Shown: positions 57,669 to 64,000 of the stretch, in pieces | How positions within the stretch are numbered: position 1 is the stretch's first letter | Layout: each line of letters starts with the position of its first letter | Assembly: GCA_050916045.1 (NCBI GenBank) | Contig: CP051526.1 | Span: forward strand, 2,560,001-2,624,000 | Length of the DNA: 64,000 bases | Direction: 5' to 3' | From: Tepidisphaera sp. | GTDB taxonomy: Bacteria > Planctomycetota > Phycisphaerae > Phycisphaerales > UBA1924 | Made by a program: the position numbers and the translations under genes | The notes under the pieces: generated by a model | What the model saw: the letters and a program-made list of their open reading frames with translations, nothing else | Databases searched by the model: none | What the model was told of the DNA's origin: nothing

Positions 57669-58655
57669 TTACGCCAGCTCCGGGAACATCTTGCGGACCA
57701 CGCCCACAAGATCCTTCACGTGGCTGATCGACTCGTTCATGAACTTCTGCTCTTCCGCGTCCAGCTTGAACGTCAGCACCCGCTCCACGCCGTTGGCGCC
57801 AAGCACCGCCGGCACGCCGACGAAGTAGCCCTGCCCCTTCTGGCCCGGCGCGACGCCGAACTCATCCTCGCAGTACGCCGCCGACGCGATCACCCGCTTC
57901 TTGTCGCGAACGATCGACTCCACCATCTCGATCGTCCCCGCCGCCGGCGCGTAGTACGCGCTCGTGCCCATCAGGTTCACGATCTCGCCGCCGCCCACCT
58001 TCGCACGCTGCACGCACGCCGCGATCTTCTCCGCCGGGAGCAGATCGCTCACCGGAATCCCGTTCACGCTCGTCCGCTTCGGCAGCGGAACCATGTCGTC
58101 CCCGTGCCCGCCGAGCAGCAGGCCCTGGATGTCCTCGACCGACACGCCAAGCTCCATCGCCAGGAACGTCTTGTACCGCGCCACGTCCAGCGCACCCGCC
58201 TGACCCATCACGCGGTGCGCCGGGAAACCCGTCACCTTCCACGCCACATACACCATCGCGTCAAGCGGATTGCTCACCACGATCACGACCGCGTTGGGCG
58301 CATACTCGCGAACCTTCTCCGCGCAGCTCTTCACGATCCCCGTGTTCACCTGGATCAGATCGTCCCGGCTCATCCCCGGACGACGCGGCAGACCCGCCGT
58401 GATCACCACCACGTCGCTGTTGGCGATGTCCGCATAATCGAACGTCCCCGTGATCTTCGCGTCAAAGTTCTCGATCGGTCCGCAGCACGCAAGGTCCAGC
58501 GCCTTGCCCTTGGGCATGTGAAGCTCGGGCTTGTCCTTGTTCTGGATGTCCAGCAGAACGATGTCCCCAAGCTCCTTCGCCGCCGCCCAGTGCGCGCACG
58601 TCCCGCCGATGTTCCCTGCTCCGATAATGCTGATCTTCGCCCGCCGCGTCGGCAT
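57669..58655 (-). CDS. mdh: Malate dehydrogenase (LDH-like)
   Basis: Motifs IIGAGNIG, TAGLPRRPGMSRDDL, SNPLD and LGGHGD. Confidence 0.95.
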   Translation of the reverse strand: MPTRRAKISIIGAGNIGGTCAHWAAAKELGDIVLLDIQNKDKPELHMPKGKALDLACCGPIENFDAKITGTFDYADIANSDVVVITAGLPRRPGMSRDDLIQVNTGIVKSCAEKVREYAPNAVVIVVSNPLDAMVYVAWKVTGFPAHRVMGQAGALDVARYKTFLAMELGVSVEDIQGLLLGGHGDDMVPLPKRTSVNGIPVSDLLPAEKIAACVQRAKVGGGEIVNLMGTSAYYAPAAGTIEMVESIVRDKKRVIASAAYCEDEFGVAPGQKGQGYFVGVPAVLGANGVERVLTFKLDAEEQKFMNESISHVKDLVGVVRKMFPELA

Positions 58656-58788
58656 GTTGTGACTCTCCAGTTTTGACCCTGAGGCCCGTCACCATCTCGG
58701 TGGACGCCGTGCCTCGAGGGGGCGCAAGCATAGGCCCCGGCACCCCCTGTACGACCGACTCACCCCGTTCTGGCCGCTCTCCCGGACG

Positions 58789-58819
58789 AAAAAAAGCCCG
58801 CGGCTTACGCCACGGGCTT
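58789..58819 (-). terminator. Rho-independent terminator
   Basis: Minus strand AAGCCCGTGGCG-TAA-GCCGCGGGC followed by TTTTTTT. Confidence 0.8.
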
Positions 58820-58845
58820 CATCGGTCATTCTCTTCATCCAGGCT

Positions 58846-61059
58846 TTACTTCTTGCCGGCAATCAGCGGAAGAAGCTGGCTGTTCGACAGGTTCAGCGAA
58901 CCCAGCACCGAAGCCGCCGCCGTCGCCTCCGCCGCGTCGGCGCTCATCGCCGCTTCACGCAGGCGGGACACATGACGGTTATCCATCTTGTTCCCGTACC
59001 GGCGGGCCGAAGCCCCAAGCTTGCCAAGAAGCCCAACCCGCTCCTCGCCCGTCGCCTTGAACGCCGCGTCCGCCAGCGCCCGCTGGGCCTGCTGCTGATC
59101 GATCCGCGAAACCACCTCCGCCACGTCCATCCGCACTTCCGCGCGATTGTCCCCAAGCGAAGCCACCAGCGACTGCGCCGCATCCTCAACCTTCAGCACC
59201 GCGTTCCCGCCCACCGCAAGGTCGCGAAGAACCGCCAAGGACTGAAGCGAGTACGCCGCCGACTCATCCGCAGAGATCGGGCCGCCCGTCGTCGAATCCG
59301 AAAGCTCCTTGATCGTCGCCAGCACCGCCGCCTCGCCGGCCGCCGACGGACGAACCGCCACCGACCCGTCCGACGTGTACCGCTTGCGAAGATCAGGGAT
59401 GTTGTCCTGCGTCGCCAGAATCACGATCGGAGACGCCGCCAACTTCGCGTCCGTCCGAACTTCCGCCACCGTGTTCGAAGCCTGCTCGACGTTCAGATTC
59501 GCCGTCACCACAAGGTCCACCGCCGCCGCCGAAGCAACCGGCTGCGCGATGTCCGCAAGCGTCTTGCCGTACGGAAGCACCTTGTACCCGGCCTTCTCCA
59601 CCATCCCCCGAACCGCCTGGTACACCTCGACGCTGCTCGCGAACACCACCGCGTTCCGCTCCGAAGCCTCGCGGATCGCGCCCGCAAGCGTCGGCACCAC
59701 GCGCTCGGAGCCCGTGAACGTCTCACGCGGCTGCGCCGCGCCCAGAACGATCGCCGCTTCATACTGCACGCGACGGTTCGGATAGTTGATCGCCTCAAGC
59801 AGCGGCTGACGCGTCAGTCCGCTCGACCACAGCGAGGATCCGCCCGCCGTCTTGCTCAGCGCCGCGATCGCCTTGCGGGCAAGCGGCGTGTTCCGAGCAT
59901 CGATCGCACGCGCCAGCACCCGCTGGCACGCCTGCGCGCCCGAAGCCACCGCGTAGTACATCGCGTTCTTCCGCTCCGCCGGATACAGCGGATTCTGGTA
60001 ACCCTCGGGCGTCTCGATCTCACGCTTGAAGTTCGAAGCCACCCACAGCGCCACCGCCTCGGGGTTCTCCGTCTGCAGGTTCAGCGCCCGCTCCACGCTC
60101 CGCATCGCCATCGCCTCGTGGTACACGGGCGTGCGAATCGCCGTCATCGACAGGCCCACCGAAGGCTCGAAATCCCAGATCAGCTGGAACTCATCCGACG
60201 GGAAGCTCGTCACGTCCGCGCTCTGCATCGCGTAACGCTCCGCCAGCGCCAGATAAAGCTCGCTCGGCGGAACCTGGCTCACATCGCTGAACCGCGACAG
60301 CGCCCGCTCGCACGCCGAACGCACCGCCGCGTTCTTGGTCGACTGCTGAAGCTCCGCCAGGTACGGCAGAGACGCCGGATACCCGATGTCACCCAGCACC
60401 ATCGCCACCCGCTCCTGACCCACGCCGTCAAGGCCCATCAGCGCCGCGCACAGCGGCTGCACCGACCGCGAACCCATCGCCGTCAGCACCGACTGCGCCT
60501 CCGCCGCAAGCACCGCGTCCCCGCGGCTGTCCAGCATCGCACGCAGAAGCTGCGGCACCGCGTACTCGCTCGCCGCCTTCAGACGCTCGCCGCCAAGCAC
60601 CCGCCCGCGGGCGTTGCCAGTCAGCATCTTGATCGACCTGGCGATCTCGTCAGGGTCCCGAGCAAGCTCAAGCTTGCCCTTCTCGTACAGCGCCATCAGC
60701 TCAGACGCGATCGAAGCCACGTCCGACACGCGCTGCGCCTTCGCCGACGCCGCGTCGAACCGCTCCACCTGATCCGAACCCTCGACAACCTTGGTCACAA
60801 AGTCGCGGGCCGCCACCTTCCGAGAAAGCAGCTCGTTCCCGAAAGCCTGCGCCAGCTTGTAGTTGTCGATGTTCACATAGTGGATGAAATCGCTCAGGAG
60901 CTGCACTTCCGTCTTGGTCGTCACCGACTCGTCCGCCGCCTGGGCGAACGCCGTCGACGTCGTGCCGACGGACGCGACAAGCGCCGCGATCACCAGCGCG
61001 CCGGCGCGGAACGTGGGAGCGAAGAAGGCATTACGATGGTCGCCGCGGGTGTGGGGCAC
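58846..61059 (-). CDS. Exported HEAT-repeat protein with a receiver-like insert
   Basis: GTG start follows AGGAG; signal peptide ending AFA-Q; HEAT-like repeats (AVPQLL, LGDIGYPASLPYL, RVQYEAA). Confidence 0.8.
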   Translation of the reverse strand: MPHTRGDHRNAFFAPTFRAGALVIAALVASVGTTSTAFAQAADESVTTKTEVQLLSDFIHYVNIDNYKLAQAFGNELLSRKVAARDFVTKVVEGSDQVERFDAASAKAQRVSDVASIASELMALYEKGKLELARDPDEIARSIKMLTGNARGRVLGGERLKAASEYAVPQLLRAMLDSRGDAVLAAEAQSVLTAMGSRSVQPLCAALMGLDGVGQERVAMVLGDIGYPASLPYLAELQQSTKNAAVRSACERALSRFSDVSQVPPSELYLALAERYAMQSADVTSFPSDEFQLIWDFEPSVGLSMTAIRTPVYHEAMAMRSVERALNLQTENPEAVALWVASNFKREIETPEGYQNPLYPAERKNAMYYAVASGAQACQRVLARAIDARNTPLARKAIAALSKTAGGSSLWSSGLTRQPLLEAINYPNRRVQYEAAIVLGAAQPRETFTGSERVVPTLAGAIREASERNAVVFASSVEVYQAVRGMVEKAGYKVLPYGKTLADIAQPVASAAAVDLVVTANLNVEQASNTVAEVRTDAKLAASPIVILATQDNIPDLRKRYTSDGSVAVRPSAAGEAAVLATIKELSDSTTGGPISADESAAYSLQSLAVLRDLAVGGNAVLKVEDAAQSLVASLGDNRAEVRMDVAEVVSRIDQQQAQRALADAAFKATGEERVGLLGKLGASARRYGNKMDNRHVSRLREAAMSADAAEATAAASVLGSLNLSNSQLLPLIAGKK

Positions 61060-61399
61060 AAGAAACTCCTGAGATCAAGGCCGTTCAATTTGCGATCGGC
61101 TGTCTGAATGGGCGGGGCTGTCTGTCAATGCATGGACGGGGCGTTGGCGGGGCGTCTCAAGCGGTCGCGTCGATGTCCAAGCGTCGATGCCAAGAGTCCG
61201 GATGCTCGTCCGGCACTCCTGTGCACGTCCGCGAGGGTTATCTTCCGTTCGCTCGGGGCCAGCAAACCGGGTGGGGATCTGTACGCAGCAAGCCCAAGGC
61301 CGGTTGCCGCCCTCCCGAAGCCACATTTCGGGACCTCGGACGCGCACCGCCTGCCTTGTCCCCCCCGCCAGGCTCGCGCCAGACGGGAATGGGACCCAC

Positions 61400-61429
61400 A
61401 CTGTACCAAGTTCAGGCCCCGGGTGTCAA
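61400..61429 (-). promoter_or_regulatory. Sigma70-like promoter for the HEAT-repeat gene
   Basis: TTGACA-N18-TACAGT on the minus strand. Confidence 0.55.
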
Positions 61430-61662
61430 TCAAGCCCCCAAACCCTTCCCAGCCGCCGACCCCCTCCCTTCCCATCGCACCGCCCCACTCCCAGGACCGG
61501 AAACCCCGCCAAGACCTCCCGACGACCGCCCGGTTTGCTCCGGAATTGTCGATTGGCGCGTCCCAGCGTGAAGTCGCCCCCCCCGGGTTGCCGATCGTTG
61601 GGGTGTCGAACGGCCCAGCGCACGGAAGCCCGGGCCCCGAACCACTGCGTTCAAGAGGTGAG

Positions 61663-62262
61663 ATGATGGCGTTTGAAAAAGAAGTCCTGACCACCGGCGA
61701 AGTTGCCAAGATCTGCAATGTCGCCCCTCGCACGGTCAGCAAGTGGTTCGACACCGGCGCGCTCAAGGGCTACCGAATCCCCGGTTCCCGCGACCGACGA
61801 ATCCCAACCTCCGAACTCCTCCGCTTCATGAAAGCCCACTCGATGCCCATCGACGGGCTCCTCTCAGGTCGCACCCGCGTCCTCCTCGTCGACGGCGAAC
61901 GCGAAGTCTGCGACACCCTCGCCAAAATCCTCACCGAACAGACCAACTACGAGGTCCGCACCGCCAACACCGGCTTCGCCGCCGGCATGGAAGCCGAACG
62001 CTTCAAGCCGCATGTCCTCCTCATGGACATCCACATCGGCGACGGCTCCGGCACCGGAAGCGGTGAAGCCAAGCAGGTCGCCGAAATGATCCGCAAGAGC
62101 GAAAACCTCCAGTTCACCCGCATCATCGCCATGAGCTCCAAGCTCACCGACGGGCAGGTCCACGGCCTCCGCGCCCAGGGCTTTGACTCCTTCCTCAAGA
62201 AGCCCTTCCAGGTCCGCCAGGTCGTCGAATCCATCGAAGCCGCGACGAACATCGCCGCTTGA
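61663..62262 (+). CDS. Response regulator with N-terminal excisionase/MerR-like HTH
   Basis: LTTGEVAKIC.V..RTV.KWFD..RRIP; receiver domain VLLVD, LLMDI and FLKKPF; start 61663 or 61666. Confidence 0.9.
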   Translation: MMAFEKEVLTTGEVAKICNVAPRTVSKWFDTGALKGYRIPGSRDRRIPTSELLRFMKAHSMPIDGLLSGRTRVLLVDGEREVCDTLAKILTEQTNYEVRTANTGFAAGMEAERFKPHVLLMDIHIGDGSGTGSGEAKQVAEMIRKSENLQFTRIIAMSSKLTDGQVHGLRAQGFDSFLKKPFQVRQVVESIEAATNIAA

Positions 62263-62320
62263 CACCAAAGACGGCGCACGGACCCCTCACAGCCGCCTTT
62301 CCATTGCAGACTGTCCAGAG

Positions 62321-62356
62321 CACCGGGCCCCGTGGTGAGGCCCGGTGTTTGTTTTT
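62321..62356 (+). terminator. Rho-independent terminator
   Basis: CACCGGGCC-loop-GGCCCGGTG followed by TTTGTTTTT. Confidence 0.8.
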
Positions 62357-62481
62357 CGTTCGTACGGCGTCAGTTCATTCCGATCACCGGAACGAACAAA
62401 ATTCCCTGTTTGAACATAGAAAGAGGAACCCTGCCTCCCCCGCTCCTGCGATCGGGACCGAGACAGAACTCGGAGGTTCCC

Positions 62482-63426
62482 ATGCTTCGCACCACCGGCA
62501 TCCACCACATCACCGCCATCGCAAGCGACCCGCAGCGCAACCTGGACTTCTACACCGGCGTCCTCGGCCTGCGCCTCGTCAAGCAGACCGTCAACTTCGA
62601 CGACCCCGGCACCTACCACTTCTACTTCGGTGACGAAGCCGGCTCCCCCGGCACCATCCTCACCTTCTTCCCCTGGCCGCACATCAAGCGCGGCGTCCAC
62701 GGTGCCGGCGCGGTCGCCACCACCACCTACGCCATCCCCTCGGGCTCGCTGGGCGCGTGGGCCGACCGCTTGGCTTCCCACGATGTGCCCGCAACCAAGG
62801 TCGACCGTTTCGGGCAGACCGCCCTCGCGTTCGAGGACCCCGACGGGCTCAAGCTCGAGCTCATCGAGGACCCGGCCGTCGATGCCGTCCCCGCGTGGAC
62901 CGGCGGCGGCGTCGGAAACGACCTGGCCATCCGCGGCTTCCACTCGGCGACGCTCCTCGTCCGCGACCTTTCGCGGATGGAGAAGGTCCTCGCCGGGGCC
63001 TTCGGCATGGAGAAGGTCGCGACCGAAGGGAACCGCACCCGCTTCCGCGCCATCGGTGAGGGCGCGAGCCCGATCGGCCGCTTCGTCGACGTGATCGCCG
63101 ACCCGACCGCGTCGATCCACAAGCTCGGCGGCGGCATCGTCCACCACATCGCGATGCGGGCTTCCTCCGAATCACAGCAAGCCGAGTGGGCGAAGACGAT
63201 GATCCAGACGGGCCTGCGGCCCACGCCCGTCGCCGACCGGTTCTACTTCCGCTCCATCTACTTCCGCGAGCCGCAGGGCGTCCTGTTTGAAATCGCGACC
63301 GACGGACCCGGCTTCGCCACCGATGAGCCCCTCGACCGCCTCGGCGAAACGCTCAAGCTTCCCGCTCAGGAACACCTCCGCGACCGGATCGAGAGCGTGC
63401 TGCCCCGGGTCGTCGTCCGAACCTGA
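62482..63426 (+). CDS. Ring-cleaving dioxygenase / glyoxalase (MhqO-like VOC family)
   Basis: Motifs GIHHITAI, KQTVNFDDP..YHFYFGD, VHHIA, DRFYFRSIYFREP and EIATDGPGF; GGAGG ribosome-binding site. Confidence 0.92.
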   Translation: MLRTTGIHHITAIASDPQRNLDFYTGVLGLRLVKQTVNFDDPGTYHFYFGDEAGSPGTILTFFPWPHIKRGVHGAGAVATTTYAIPSGSLGAWADRLASHDVPATKVDRFGQTALAFEDPDGLKLELIEDPAVDAVPAWTGGGVGNDLAIRGFHSATLLVRDLSRMEKVLAGAFGMEKVATEGNRTRFRAIGEGASPIGRFVDVIADPTASIHKLGGGIVHHIAMRASSESQQAEWAKTMIQTGLRPTPVADRFYFRSIYFREPQGVLFEIATDGPGFATDEPLDRLGETLKLPAQEHLRDRIESVLPRVVVRT

Positions 63427-63486
63427 TCTCCCCTCCGGCGTCCCGGGCTCGCAGGAGCCCGGACGCCTTTCGAGTGAGAACCCGCC

Positions 63487-64000
63487 ATGTCAGACCTGTC
63501 CATCCACGCCCACGTCTTTGAGCCCAGCGAGCAACCCTCGACGTCCGCCCTGCTTCTGCTTCACGGCACCGGCGGCGACGAAAGTGACCTACTCCCGTTG
63601 GGCCGCCGCGTCGCTCCGGGCCGCTCCTTGCTCAGCCCACGCGGCAACGTCGATGAGCACGGCGCCCTGCGGTTCTTCCGCCGCTTGGCCGAAGGCGTCT
63701 TCGACCTCAAGGACCTCGCCGCCCGCGTCGCCGACCTGTCGAAGTGGCTCGCGACCGCCAAGAAGCGGTACGAGATCCAGACCTTGGACGCCCTGGGCTT
63801 CAGCAACGGCGCCAACACGATCGCGGCTCTGCTCCTGACGGTCGCGTCGCCAACACCGCTCGTCCGCAAAGCTGTCCTGCTCAGGGCGATGGTGACCGCC
63901 CCACCCGTAGTCGGCATCGATCTCTCCGGCACCTCGGTGCTGATCATCTCCGGCACCCGCGATCCGATCATCCCTCTCGAGAACGCCAAACTCCTCGCCG
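63487..64000 (+). CDS. Alpha/beta hydrolase (carboxylesterase, MhqD-like), truncated by the window end
   Basis: Hand translation gives LLLHGTGGDE, SPRG, RFFRR and the nucleophile elbow GFSNGA; missing from the ORF track. Confidence 0.88.
   Translation, partial: MSDLSIHAHVFEPSEQPSTSALLLLHGTGGDESDLLPLGRRVAPGRSLLSPRGNVDEHGALRFFRRLAEGVFDLKDLAARVADLSKWLATAKKRYEIQTLDALGFSNGANTIAALLLTVASPTPLVRKAVLLRAMVTAPPVVGIDLSGTSVLIISGTRDPIIPLENAKLLA

Overview
GC-rich bacterial chromosome segment, most likely from a planctomycete of class Phycisphaerae (inferred from several C-terminal GC-type dockerin domains, an AroD-AroE fusion, a long ACP flanked by two FabZ-like genes and CxxCxY..CPEC membrane proteins). 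It holds about 57 probable CDS. Most are housekeeping: pdhB/pdhC, a lysW-X-Y-Z-K operon, cinA, a B12 acyl-CoA mutase, tyrS, gcvT, ligA, an ABC-2 exporter, kdsA, uxs, aroD-aroE, recO, a Kef-type antiporter, mnmG, a DnaJ-family gene and mdh. I saw no rRNA, tRNA, CRISPR array or transposase. Most notable observations: (1) an unannotated Lys(AAA)-rich leader peptide with terminator and antiterminator upstream of lysW, a candidate lysine attenuator; (2) four dockerin-anchored exported proteins plus two orphan dockerin fragments, with one gene bracketed by identical 24-bp REP-like hairpins and another by a 63-bp duplicate of its own 3' end, suggesting cassette-like turnover; (3) the same REP-like 21-mer inserted in frame in ligA and the mutase; (4) at least 14 apparently leaderless genes; (5) an orphan low-GC HTH + PD-(D/E)XK nuclease; (6) a CpcT/CpeT-like barrel fused to an FKBP; (7) a structured RNA candidate upstream of gcvT. 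All calls come from reading motifs by eye; no database searches were run.
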